Position numbers and translations under genes: made by a program. A stretch of 64,000 bases of DNA, from the NCBI GenBank assembly GCA_963678045.2, contig CAXXCK010000004.1, positions 17,380 through 81,379 of the forward strand. Reading direction: 5' to 3'. The stretch's first letter is position 1. Every line of letters starts with the position of its first letter. The notes under the pieces were generated by a model that was given only the letters and a program-made list of their open reading frames with translations, had not been told where the DNA came from and did not search any database. The DNA comes from Erysipelotrichaceae bacterium (GTDB lineage: Bacteria; Bacillota_I; Bacilli_A; Erysipelotrichales; Erysipelotrichaceae). Positions 54,953-64,000 of the stretch are shown here, one piece after another.

Positions 54953-56527
54953 TCAATTGACCTCGATGATCAGCGTCGACTGGGCACTGAAAGTCGCAGT
55001 AGACCCATTGACGTTCACTGTCTTGTGGGTGAAGACTACGCTTCCTGTTTGAGGAAGAGTGAACACTTCTTGTGAAGCGGACACATTATGGATGACGATC
55101 CAGGTCTTGTTGTTGTAGGTTCTTGAGAAGGCGATGAATTTATAGGTCGAATCGATCTTCTTCAGATCGCCAAAACGCAGGACTTCACTGTTCTTTCTGA
55201 GTTGGATCAAAGTCCGATAGAGCTGAAACATCGAGTTTGGATCAGAGACCTGTTCTTCATAGGTTGGGGTATCGTTGTTGTAGAGGTTGGTTACCCAGTC
55301 TGCCATGGGGGGTTGGTTGCCTTTGTTCCATACAAAGGGTTCACGGATGTGTTCATCCGGTTTGATGCCCGACATACCGAGTTCCTCGCCATAATACACA
55401 AACGGGATCCCCGGCAAGGTAAACAGGATGTTGGCTGCCAACTTCGCTTTATCCAAATCTCCTGAGACTTCGCTCATGATTCTGTTTTGATCATGGTTGG
55501 TCAAAAAGATCGCATCGACATAATGATCGGTCTTGGTCTTGAACACGGTTTGTCCGTTAAGATAATTGTCGATGAAATTGGCTGAACTGCCGTTTTTAAC
55601 AGCAGTGACGATGCCCAGTGCCAAATCAAAATTGAAGAGGGAGTCAAAGCCGGGCGCATAGGAAGCGGCCAAATTGGCACCTACCCAGGCTTCCCCAACG
55701 GTATAGACATCTTTGTCTTTGGATTCGATGTATTCCTTCATCTCCATCCAATACTGCTTGCTTAAGGCTAAAAGCGGGGTTCCCTTAGGATATTCATTGA
55801 GCGCATAGATTTGAGTGACCGCATCGAAGCGGAAACCATCGACGCCCAGTGCCATCCAAAAATCCAAGACCCCTTTCAGTTCAGTTCTGACCAGATCGCT
55901 TTCCGCATTCAAGTCAGGCATTTCATTCCAGAATCCGGCAAAATACATTCTTGAGTTCTTTCCGTACCAGCCTTGATTGCTTGGGTAATCGCTCATTTTG
56001 ATCTTGGTTTTGATCATGTAGTATTCATCGAAGGGCGACTTTCCGGCTATCCCTTGGGTAAACCAAGGATGGGTGTCGGAAGTATGATTGAAAACCATAT
56101 CCAGAATGATCCTGATCCCACGCTGATGGGCTTGGGCGATCAGTTGTTTAAAGTCATCCAAAGTCCCGAAATCTTTATCGATGGCCTTGTAGTCATTGAT
56201 GTCGTACTTGTGGTAGGTATCAGAAGGATAGATCGGGTTGAACCAGACCGCATCGATCCCCAGATCGGTGCTGGTCCCAGGGTCATTGTCATTGAGATAA
56301 TCCAGTTTACTGATGATGCCTTGAAGATCCCCCTTGTTGTCACCGTTTGAGTCCGCAAAGGCGATGGGGAATAAACTATAGGCTGTGGAAACGGCTTGGT
56401 TAAAGTCACTCGCATCCGCGTCTTTCAGAAGCACCGCCAGTTCTTCCACTGTTTTGCGGGTTACCGGTTCAACTTTCGGCGTACAGGCACTCAGCAACAG
56501 TAAGAAGACAATCAGTGTTTTTTTCAT
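54953..56527 (-). CDS. Secreted GH13 alpha-amylase lipoprotein
   Basis: Lipobox LLSAC and GH13 regions ILDMVFNHTS, GVDGFRFDAV, VGEAW and LTNHDQNR. Confidence 0.8.
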   Translation of the reverse strand: MKKTLIVFLLLLSACTPKVEPVTRKTVEELAVLLKDADASDFNQAVSTAYSLFPIAFADSNGDNKGDLQGIISKLDYLNDNDPGTSTDLGIDAVWFNPIYPSDTYHKYDINDYKAIDKDFGTLDDFKQLIAQAHQRGIRIILDMVFNHTSDTHPWFTQGIAGKSPFDEYYMIKTKIKMSDYPSNQGWYGKNSRMYFAGFWNEMPDLNAESDLVRTELKGVLDFWMALGVDGFRFDAVTQIYALNEYPKGTPLLALSKQYWMEMKEYIESKDKDVYTVGEAWVGANLAASYAPGFDSLFNFDLALGIVTAVKNGSSANFIDNYLNGQTVFKTKTDHYVDAIFLTNHDQNRIMSEVSGDLDKAKLAANILFTLPGIPFVYYGEELGMSGIKPDEHIREPFVWNKGNQPPMADWVTNLYNNDTPTYEEQVSDPNSMFQLYRTLIQLRKNSEVLRFGDLKKIDSTYKFIAFSRTYNNKTWIVIHNVSASQEVFTLPQTGSVVFTHKTVNVNGSTATFSAQSTLIIEVN

Positions 56528-58222
56528 TTAGACCTCCACGATCATCGCTTCATAAGGTTTCAGATGAAGCACTTTATGGATATGGGCATTTTGATAATTG
56601 TTGAAGATGACATGTTTATAGCGCTGCGGCAAAGTGAAATCCTGAGCTTCTTTACTGAAGTTACAGATCACCATGATCTGCTGATTATACAAAGTCCGTG
56701 TGTAGGCAAAGACATCCGGATCTTTGGGATGGATCAATTTGAAATCCCCATAGATCAAGGTCTCCGCATAGCGGCTTTCCTTGCGTAAACGGATCAGAAA
56801 CTTATAGGTATTCAAAATGGAATCCTTTTCAGCTTGCTGTTTTTCAACATTGATCAATGGATAATTGCCGACGTTTTTTTGATGAGGCTCATGAGTCGAG
56901 AACCCGGCATACGCTTGATCATTCCACTGCATCGGGGTCCTTGCGTTGTTTCTGGAAGTCCGTCTTAGATGAGAAAGGATATGTTCTTTCGTCAGGTGTT
57001 TGATGGCTTGTTTGTAGTAGTTCTTTACCCAGACATCGGTGAAGTCATCGATCGAAGTGTAATCGACATTGGTCATCCCGATTTCTTCTCCGTTGTAGAT
57101 GAAAGGCGTTCCGGGCAAGGTCAACAGGATCGTGCCCAGCATCGTTCCGGATTCACGATGGAAATGTTTGGGGTCACCATATTGGCTCATGACTCGGGGA
57201 TGATCATGATTGAGCCAGTAATGGGGCATCCATCCTTTGCCTTTCATGCCTTGGATCCATTTATCAAAGGTCTTTTTCATATCCAGGACATCGATCTTGA
57301 TGTCTTCGTCTTTCAAGTTATCATTGCCGAAGATGTTGTTTTTCCAGCAGGTATCGAAATTAAAGACCATGTTAAAGATGTGTGAATCATATCCGGCATA
57401 CTTGACTCCGGCATCCACAGAGGCGCCTCCGCCGACTTCGCCGACTGTCATACAATCATAGTGGCGTAATACCTTTTCGTTGAATTCTTTCAGATAGTCA
57501 AAGAGTTCAGGGCGATTGGAAAACTTGCCCCAATCCGGGGCCACATGATGGCTGTTTAAAGGCATGGTCGAATCGGTAAAAGAAAGATCTCTGGCCAAGT
57601 GGGCAATCGCATCGACTCTGAATCCGTCAATGCCCTGATCAAGCCACCATCGGGCCATCTTAAACATTTCTTCTCTTAAAGCCGGGGATGCCCAGTTCAA
57701 ATCAGGCATCTTATCGGAAAAGATCTTCATGTAGTACTGATGGGTGATGGGATCCAGATTCCAAGCGGAACCTTCGAAGAAACTGCCCCAATTGGTTGGA
57801 GCATGAAGGTGGCCATGGACATCTTTTTTCCCGTCTTGCCAGATGTAATACTCCCGTTTGGGATTGGTAAGTGAGGATCTGGATTCGATGAACCAAGGAT
57901 GTTCATCGGAAGTATGGTTTAAAACCAGGTCGAGAATGATCTTGATGCCGCGTTTATGTGCTTCCGCAATAAGATCTTTGGCATCCTGCAGGGTCCCAAA
58001 CAAAGGATCGACATCAAAGAAATCACTGACATCATAACCGTTATCATCCATTGGCGACTTATAGAACGGTCCGATCCAAATCAAATTGATACCCAAGTCT
58101 TTGATATAGTCGAGTTTGGCAATGATGCCTTTCAGATCTCCGACGCCGTCTCCGTTGGTATCATAAAAAGATTTGGGATAGATCTGATAACCCACTGCAT
58201 TCTTCCACCATGTTTTTTCCAT
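56528..58222 (-). CDS. malL: Oligo-1,6-glucosidase / alpha-glucosidase (GH13_31-like)
   Basis: WWKNAVGYQIYPKSFYDTNGDGVGDLKGI...ILDLVLNHTSDEHPWF...GIDGFRVDAI...VGEV...LNHDHPR. Confidence 0.85.
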   Translation of the reverse strand: MEKTWWKNAVGYQIYPKSFYDTNGDGVGDLKGIIAKLDYIKDLGINLIWIGPFYKSPMDDNGYDVSDFFDVDPLFGTLQDAKDLIAEAHKRGIKIILDLVLNHTSDEHPWFIESRSSLTNPKREYYIWQDGKKDVHGHLHAPTNWGSFFEGSAWNLDPITHQYYMKIFSDKMPDLNWASPALREEMFKMARWWLDQGIDGFRVDAIAHLARDLSFTDSTMPLNSHHVAPDWGKFSNRPELFDYLKEFNEKVLRHYDCMTVGEVGGGASVDAGVKYAGYDSHIFNMVFNFDTCWKNNIFGNDNLKDEDIKIDVLDMKKTFDKWIQGMKGKGWMPHYWLNHDHPRVMSQYGDPKHFHRESGTMLGTILLTLPGTPFIYNGEEIGMTNVDYTSIDDFTDVWVKNYYKQAIKHLTKEHILSHLRRTSRNNARTPMQWNDQAYAGFSTHEPHQKNVGNYPLINVEKQQAEKDSILNTYKFLIRLRKESRYAETLIYGDFKLIHPKDPDVFAYTRTLYNQQIMVICNFSKEAQDFTLPQRYKHVIFNNYQNAHIHKVLHLKPYEAMIVEV

Positions 58223-58288
58223 ATTGTTCCTCTCTTAAGAAAAGTGAGCGTCTTTCGACGCTCACTTTGACTGTTTTGTCTTAACGAC

Positions 58289-59704
58289 TTACGGAGCTAC
58301 GTTAGCAGCGGCAAGTGCAGCATCAGATACAGTGATCAAATCAGCGATGGCTTGATCAATCGTCTTGGTGCCGTCCCAAACTGCGATCTGAGCATCATTC
58401 AAGAATGATTGGTAATAAGCAGCGCCCATAGCGGTCTGGTTCTTGTTCTTAGGCAATGTTCCAACATATTCAGAAGCACTGTATAAGAAGCCCTTCATCA
58501 TTTGTTCTTGGACACCGCCAGCGGCCAATGTCGGAACTAAAGCGGATCCATCAGCGAGTGACGGCGGATAAGCAGTGTGATCAACCATAGCCTGGAATCC
58601 AGCCATAGAATACATCAGTCTGGCTAATTCATGCGCAGCACTCTGGTATTTTGTATAGGCATTGATAGCGATACCTTTTGTCTTAACGAAAGTAGCTTGG
58701 TGATTGCCCTTGTATGTCGGCAAAGCGGAAACGATGAAATCAGATCCGGTGCTGGTTTCAGCAGCGGCCAAATTCATCCAAGTACCCAATAAGCCAAACG
58801 GAGCAGATTCACTATTGATAACATCATCCCATCTCCAGCCCATACCGGCACCGGCAGTCAGAGTTTCAACTCCGGTTTCGGAGATGTCGACTGAGATGAA
58901 TGCTTTTTTGGCATCTTCTGTGAATTGGAAGCCAGCTTTGAATTCAGGATCGTCATATCCAGGATCCAACGGGCCATTTTTGAAAGGAACCCAACCAGCT
59001 GATGACAGGTGGTGGAAATCCGACCATTGGTTATTCAAAGTCAACGGGAATACGATCTTGATCGGTTTGCCCTTGTATACAGGACGGGTGCCTGTGTGCC
59101 ATGAAGCAGACAGCGTGAAGATTTTTTCCCATGTATCAAAAGCATCTGGCAAGTTGTCATTGTTGGCATCAGCGGTGCTTAAACCGAGGGTGGTCAACAT
59201 GGTCTTGTTCCAAACGAAGGCCATTCCATCATACAGCATCGGAGCATACACAGTGACTTCACCGGTATTGCCTGTCTTATAGTATGTTTCTACGGAGTTG
59301 TCTTTAACGATTTTCGCAAGTGTTGCTTCAAACGGCAGCAAGTGTTGAGCGTTTCTGGTGATTTCACCATCGATGGCGTTAAATACGTCAGCATATTCGC
59401 CTAATTGAGTAGCAAGACGATCTGTTGACCCTTGGCTACCATCATTAACGAAAGTGACTTTACCTTTTGCTTCAGGATGTGTTGTATCCCATAACGCAAC
59501 GATAGCTGCTCCCCAATCGTTATTATCAACGCTAACCACGATCTTGGCATCGGTTTCAACGGCGTATTGTTTCAATTTTTCGTCGTAGCAAGCGATGGTT
59601 CCATCCAAATCAGCAACCTTGCATGTTTTTAATGCACGGCCACATCCGGTCAATGAACCGATGATCAGGGCGGAAAGCAATACAAAGCTAAATAATTTCT
59701 TCAT
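58289..59704 (-). CDS. Maltodextrin-binding lipoprotein (MalE/MdxE-like)
   Basis: Lipobox LTGC, an SBP fold sequence, and a position upstream of malF/malG-type permeases. Confidence 0.8.
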   Translation of the reverse strand: MKKLFSFVLLSALIIGSLTGCGRALKTCKVADLDGTIACYDEKLKQYAVETDAKIVVSVDNNDWGAAIVALWDTTHPEAKGKVTFVNDGSQGSTDRLATQLGEYADVFNAIDGEITRNAQHLLPFEATLAKIVKDNSVETYYKTGNTGEVTVYAPMLYDGMAFVWNKTMLTTLGLSTADANNDNLPDAFDTWEKIFTLSASWHTGTRPVYKGKPIKIVFPLTLNNQWSDFHHLSSAGWVPFKNGPLDPGYDDPEFKAGFQFTEDAKKAFISVDISETGVETLTAGAGMGWRWDDVINSESAPFGLLGTWMNLAAAETSTGSDFIVSALPTYKGNHQATFVKTKGIAINAYTKYQSAAHELARLMYSMAGFQAMVDHTAYPPSLADGSALVPTLAAGGVQEQMMKGFLYSASEYVGTLPKNKNQTAMGAAYYQSFLNDAQIAVWDGTKTIDQAIADLITVSDAALAAANVAP

Positions 59705-59763
59705 ATTTCCTCCTAAATTGTCTCCATGTGGAGCATCTTCAATTTATCACAAATCTTTCACAA

Positions 59764-59777
59764 TGTAAACGATTACA
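59764..59777. promoter_or_regulatory. cre (CcpA) / LacI-type operator overlapping the promoter of the binding-protein gene
   Basis: TGTAAACGATTACA matches the cre consensus TGWAANCGNTNWCA at 14 of 14 positions. On the minus strand its TTTACA doubles as a -35, 16 nt before tgtgATAAAT. Confidence 0.6.
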
Positions 59778-59833
59778 ATTCGTTTTTATTTAATAAATTG
59801 CCTAATTTCAGCCACTTACAGACGAAATCGGTT

Positions 59834-60610
59834 TCACTGCTTGATGCGAATATAGGTTCTGTACAACAATAAAAATCGTAAAGTCAGTACGATCGGGAAA
59901 GCCACGACGGCCATTCCGGGATTATACATTCCGATAAAAGCACTCAACAGGGCCGGCGAAAACATCATCTGAACGTTGATGGAGATACTTTCCATAAAAC
60001 TGAGCTTCTTTTGGGATTTCCAGCCAAATCCGATGAACAAGGCCGCCCCTAAAACAAAGACATAGATCAGGTTCTGGAAGAACAACATCAGATATTGTCT
60101 CAGCATGTTTGAAGACAATTCACTCAAAACAAGATCTTTGACGATGATGTTGAGGACTTCTGGGTCGGTTTTCATTTGGGCATACAGAGCGCTGAAACTG
60201 GTGGCTCCGATATTTTCATAGGAACCGCTCACCATGATGACCGATTGCGCGTTGGTGATGATGACGCGATCCGCCAAGATCACGATTTCCTTGGCTTTGT
60301 ATTCTGTGTGAGCCGTAGGCTGAATATAAATGGTATACCCGTTTGAGATCCAACTCATGTTTGGATCCTGACAGGTCACGCTCCCATCGAGTTCACACCC
60401 TGATTTTTCAAACACCTCCAACAAGGCCGGTTTGAGACCTTCGTTGTTGGCGAATAGGCTTTCAACGCTCATGCTGAAGTACCCTACGAAATAAGGAACC
60501 GAAACCAAAAAATTAATCAGAAAAAAAAGGGGGATAAGCACAAGAACCCCTAATTTTTTATACTCAATCAGTTTCTTTTGACTGTAAGTCGTAATAATCC
60601 ATTGCGTCAT
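59834..60610 (-). CDS. Membrane protein conserved in maltodextrin operons (YvdJ/DUF1189-like)
   Basis: Position directly after malG, TM helices at both ends. The family assignment is from memory only. Confidence 0.45.
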   Translation of the reverse strand: MTQWIITTYSQKKLIEYKKLGVLVLIPLFFLINFLVSVPYFVGYFSMSVESLFANNEGLKPALLEVFEKSGCELDGSVTCQDPNMSWISNGYTIYIQPTAHTEYKAKEIVILADRVIITNAQSVIMVSGSYENIGATSFSALYAQMKTDPEVLNIIVKDLVLSELSSNMLRQYLMLFFQNLIYVFVLGAALFIGFGWKSQKKLSFMESISINVQMMFSPALLSAFIGMYNPGMAVVAFPIVLTLRFLLLYRTYIRIKQ

Positions 60611-60611
60611 T

Positions 60612-61481
60612 TTAGCCTTTTTCTGCTCCTGAGGTCAAACCGTAAACCATATACTTCTGCATGAAGAATTGAACGACCATGACCGGGATGGCAATCAGCA
60701 GCGCACCCGCCATGAAGGTCAAGGGATTATAGAACATGGTATTGAATGGGTCAGTCGTACGATACAGCCAAACCGCCACGGTCATCTGATCTTTGGCAGG
60801 CAACATGACGTTTTGCAGCATGAAGTCCAACCACGGCGCCATAAAGGCACTGACAGCGATGAAACCAATGATCGGCACGATCAGCGGGAACAAGATCATA
60901 CGCAGGATCTGCAGATTGGTAGCCCCGTCTATGGCAGCCGCTTCATCCAAGGATCTCGGTATGTTTCTCATGAATCCGCGAACCAGGAAGGTGTTGTACG
61001 GAATCGATCCGGCTGTGTAGATCAAGGCCAGATACAAAGGCTGATTCAACCAACCGAAGGTTCTGAAAATCAAGAATAAGGCAATCATCCCCATGAAAGA
61101 CGGGAACATCTGCAAGACCATCATCGTCAGTAAGAGTTTCTTCTTTCCGATGAAGTTCAAACGGGCAAAGACGAAACCGGTGATGACCCCAAAGAAGACA
61201 ACCCCGATCGTGTTAACGACCGCGATCGATAAGGTTCTTAAGAAGGCTCCCGGATAATCAGCCATGGTTTGAGAAGAGGTCGACATATAGGTAAACAGAT
61301 ATTTGAAGTGTTCCAAGGAGAACTTGGATGGATCCGGAAACAGAGGAACGCCGCTGAGCAGAATGCCTTTTGAGAAAGCCGCAACGACCATCCAGATGAT
61401 TGGAACCAACACAACGACCACCCCAAACAGCAACCAAAGGTAGGCCGCAAGCGATGCGAGAATCTTTTTAAAGGTGCGCAT
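60612..61481 (-). CDS. malG: Maltodextrin ABC permease (MalG/MdxG-like)
   Basis: EAA loop (DEAAAIDGATNLQILRMILFP). I moved the start to ATG 61481, which overlaps the malF stop (TAATG). Confidence 0.85.
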   Translation of the reverse strand: MRTFKKILASLAAYLWLLFGVVVVLVPIIWMVVAAFSKGILLSGVPLFPDPSKFSLEHFKYLFTYMSTSSQTMADYPGAFLRTLSIAVVNTIGVVFFGVITGFVFARLNFIGKKKLLLTMMVLQMFPSFMGMIALFLIFRTFGWLNQPLYLALIYTAGSIPYNTFLVRGFMRNIPRSLDEAAAIDGATNLQILRMILFPLIVPIIGFIAVSAFMAPWLDFMLQNVMLPAKDQMTVAVWLYRTTDPFNTMFYNPLTFMAGALLIAIPVMVVQFFMQKYMVYGLTSGAEKG

Positions 61482-63034
61482 TAATCGTCCTCCCAAAGTC
61501 CCTTAGATTTGGACAAGTTATAGACTGAGATGAATCCGATAAACAGGAAAATGAGGATCGAATAAACTGCCGCAATATTATAGAGCTGGGCATTGTTGTT
61601 GAAGGACAGTTTGTAAATCCATGAAATCAGGATGTCCGTCTGTCCGGGCACACCGCCGCTGACATACATCGAGGTCGGTATTTGAGCCGTCGGCCAGCTT
61701 GGGCCGCCGCCGGTCAGGAAGTAAATGGCCCCGAAGTTATTGAAGTTAAAGGTAAAAGTCATGATGATGGCCGGCAATGTTGCCCTGATGATCAAAGGCA
61801 AGGTGATGCGTCTGAAACTCTGTAAAGCCGTTGCCCCATCGATCGAGGCTGCCTCATAGAGATCTTTCGGTAAAGTCGTTAAGACCCCGGTGATCAGCAT
61901 CATGAAATATGGAGCACCCAGCCACAGGTTGACCACAAGGATCACTGCTTTGGCTAAATTGCCGTTTTCAGGAATGATGAACCAATAAATCGGATCTCCG
62001 ACCACCCCTTGAAGTCCCACGGTATGAAGGAAATTGGAGACTGGTCCCATGATTTTCAGGGTCGACAGCAATTGATTGGCCAAGCCGTTCAAATCGAAGA
62101 CATTTCTGAACACCATCAAACTGATCATGGACGGGATCGCCCAAGGTACAATCAGTAAGGTTCTCCAGAACTTTTTGGCTTTGACATATCTGGACTCGAT
62201 GACCAAAGCATTGATCATCCCCACGACATAACAGGTAAAACTTGCCATGATGGCATATAGGAAGGTCCATGCGATGACCGACAGGAAAATCTTGACCCAT
62301 CCGGCATCACTGGCAATCTTGGTGAAGGTCGCCAACCCGTTCCATTTGATCAGATCCAGCGGGACCTTGACCGCATTGGTGTAGTTGGTAAAAGCCAACA
62401 AGAAGGAGAACAAGAACGGAATAACAATAAAGAACAAAACCATGACCAGGGTCGGCAACAGAATGATAAACGGAAACATTTCGACCCAGATGCGTCTGAT
62501 GTATTCTTTTCCGCTTTCAACTTTACCCGATTTCAGGATGGTGATTTTAGACGTAAAGGCATCACGGATGCTGGTGATCCAAACACCCACATACAATGAA
62601 AACAAAATCAAAGCAATCAGACCATTGCCCAACAGGGTCACGGAATTGTCCGCAGATAACCACGGGATGATCTTGTTGAAGGCTGAAACCAACTGTCCGC
62701 GATACATGGTTTGGGCGGTAACTTTACCTAAGGTGACCAAGCCCCAAATCCCTTTTGAGAAGATGCCCCCATAATCTCTGATCAAGTAAATCTTATCGCC
62801 AGGATAGGTTTGCAGTTCAGTGAAGATATAGACATAACCCCCTGTTGCAAACTCTACCAGAATAAAAATAAGGAATACACCGAAGAAAACCGCTGCTTTA
62901 ACCTTTTGCTTGTTTCTGAATTGGCCTAAACCTGGAACGAACACAGAAAGTAAGCCGGATTTGAATGCGTCCGGGTTGGCTTTGATGTTGGCAAGTGATG
63001 CTTTGATTCGATCCATTAGCTTCTTTTTCTTCAT
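61481..63034 (-). CDS. malF: Maltodextrin ABC permease (MalF/MdxF-like) with an extended N-terminal membrane domain
   Basis: EAA loop (YEAASIDGATALQSFRRITLPL) and eight or more TM helices. Confidence 0.85.
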   Translation of the reverse strand: MKKKKLMDRIKASLANIKANPDAFKSGLLSVFVPGLGQFRNKQKVKAAVFFGVFLIFILVEFATGGYVYIFTELQTYPGDKIYLIRDYGGIFSKGIWGLVTLGKVTAQTMYRGQLVSAFNKIIPWLSADNSVTLLGNGLIALILFSLYVGVWITSIRDAFTSKITILKSGKVESGKEYIRRIWVEMFPFIILLPTLVMVLFFIVIPFLFSFLLAFTNYTNAVKVPLDLIKWNGLATFTKIASDAGWVKIFLSVIAWTFLYAIMASFTCYVVGMINALVIESRYVKAKKFWRTLLIVPWAIPSMISLMVFRNVFDLNGLANQLLSTLKIMGPVSNFLHTVGLQGVVGDPIYWFIIPENGNLAKAVILVVNLWLGAPYFMMLITGVLTTLPKDLYEAASIDGATALQSFRRITLPLIIRATLPAIIMTFTFNFNNFGAIYFLTGGGPSWPTAQIPTSMYVSGGVPGQTDILISWIYKLSFNNNAQLYNIAAVYSILIFLFIGFISVYNLSKSKGLWEDD

Positions 63035-63091
63035 ACACCCCTCCTATTACATTTAATTATGCCCTGTTTTAACTAAAACATCAAGCGAAAT

Positions 63092-63153
63092 AGTAAGCGT
63101 TTACAGAGTAGGAAATCGGGTGTCAAATTGACTTTTCTCCCACAGCGTTTACA
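63092..63153. promoter_or_regulatory. Two cre/LacI-operator-like sites in the divergent malF / neopullulanase intergenic region
   Basis: AGTAAGCGTTTACA (63092..63105) matches cre at 13 of 14 positions. CCACAGCGTTTACA (63140..63153) gives TGTAAACGCTGTGG on the complement, a 12 of 14 match. The two share the 10-mer AGCGTTTACA. Confidence 0.45.
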
Positions 63154-63171
63154 ATAAGACTGAGGTCACTT

Positions 63172-64000
63172 ATGAACATAGCCGCGTTTACCCATCAAAT
63201 CACATCACCCTGGTGTTTTCCCGTTTCCAAGACTCAGGTTCAAATCAAACTGCGTACCGGAAAAGACATCACTCAGGTCATTTTAACTTATGGCGATCCG
63301 CACCAAGGTCATCACACTGGCAGTCAGTGGGCTTGGGCAGGTCATCATGTGGTCATGACCTTAAGCGGATCGGGCGAACATCATCGTTACTGGACTTCGA
63401 TCGTGACCCCGCCTCAAGGCCGTCTGAAATACAACTTCATGATCACAGACGGACTCGATTCGGTGATTTATGGAGAACGATCGATCCTGGCTCATGATGA
63501 AAAACCGGATAATTTCAACTATTTCTTTTATCCTTATTTACACGAAGAGCCCCTTTATCAAGCTCCCGAATGGGTCAAAGAGACCATCTGGTATCAGATC
63601 TTTCCCGATCGTTTCAACAGCGAACCCAAAAAGCAACACTGGCCGCTGGGTCCGGTCACCAATGCGACCCATTATGGCGGCAACCTCAAAGGCATCATCG
63701 AAAAGTTACCCTATTTGGCAGAGTTGGGCATTACCGGACTTTATCTGACCCCTGTTTTCGAATCCCCTTCTACCCACAAATACGATACGACCGATTATTT
63801 CAGGATCGATCCCGGATTTGGCACGATGGACGATCTCAAAGCGCTGGTCAAACTGGCCCATGAACTCAAGATCAAGGTCATGCTGGATGCGGTATTCAAC
63901 CATGCCGGGCTTCATTTCAACCCGTGGCTCTTGGCGAAATCCGATCCGAAAAGCCCCTATCGGTACTGGTTCTTTTTCAATGAAAACGGCTATGAGACCT
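63172..64000 (+). CDS. Neopullulanase / cyclomaltodextrinase-type GH13 enzyme, N-terminal part; continues beyond the window
   Basis: My own translation from ATG 63172 (RBS TGAGGT) gives MNIAAFTHQITSPWCFPVSKTQVQIKLRTGKD...ETIWYQIFPDRF...GGNLKGIIEKLPYLAELGITGLYLTPVFESPSTHKYDTTDYFRIDPGFG...VMLDAVFNHAG. The frame is open to 64000. It is not in the track because there is no stop in the window. Confidence 0.85.
   Translation, partial: MNIAAFTHQITSPWCFPVSKTQVQIKLRTGKDITQVILTYGDPHQGHHTGSQWAWAGHHVVMTLSGSGEHHRYWTSIVTPPQGRLKYNFMITDGLDSVIYGERSILAHDEKPDNFNYFFYPYLHEEPLYQAPEWVKETIWYQIFPDRFNSEPKKQHWPLGPVTNATHYGGNLKGIIEKLPYLAELGITGLYLTPVFESPSTHKYDTTDYFRIDPGFGTMDDLKALVKLAHELKIKVMLDAVFNHAGLHFNPWLLAKSDPKSPYRYWFFFNENGYET

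Overview
The window looks like chromosome from a low-GC Firmicute. Supporting traits are a T-box leader, GlgD, a split transketolase, an ECF FolT component, a secG-rnr-smpB cluster and lipoprotein LxxC signals. It has two parts. (1) 1..~15257 is the right-hand portion of a temperate siphophage-type prophage that continues off the left edge. It carries terL and terS, an AT-rich two-gene cargo, a late activator, and an SSB/replication/RecT-MBL-Rad50-like recombination module. It also carries a cro/cI switch with CTTAA operators, a cI-linked cargo block (small HTH-like protein, 338-aa membrane protein, Abi_2/HEPN), and a large serine recombinase whose ORF runs antisense into the 3' end of tmRNA (ssrA, 15182..15525). 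(2) The rest is host core. It holds GrpB, a thioesterase, phnDCEE, a 5'-nucleotidase, and LemA-DUF2207. An intact IS3-family element sits in the loop of a terminator hairpin. After it come T-box-controlled metNIQ, smpB-rnr-secG, eno-tpiA-pgk, glgCDA and two divergent HD-GYP proteins. An overlapping SBP-MFS-ung-folC-folT-PNPOx operon and split tkt lead into a large alpha-glucan locus with six GH13 genes, MalEFG/MsmK, and cre-like operators. That locus is interrupted by an AT-rich orphan NYN/PIN-like gene. I saw no rRNA, no free tRNA and no CRISPR array. The best candidates for something undescribed are the two prophage cargo blocks (11213..13562 and 1136..2718), the recombinase/ssrA overlap, the NYN orphan and the SBP-MFS pairing. 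All domain calls come from reading motifs by eye, not from searches.
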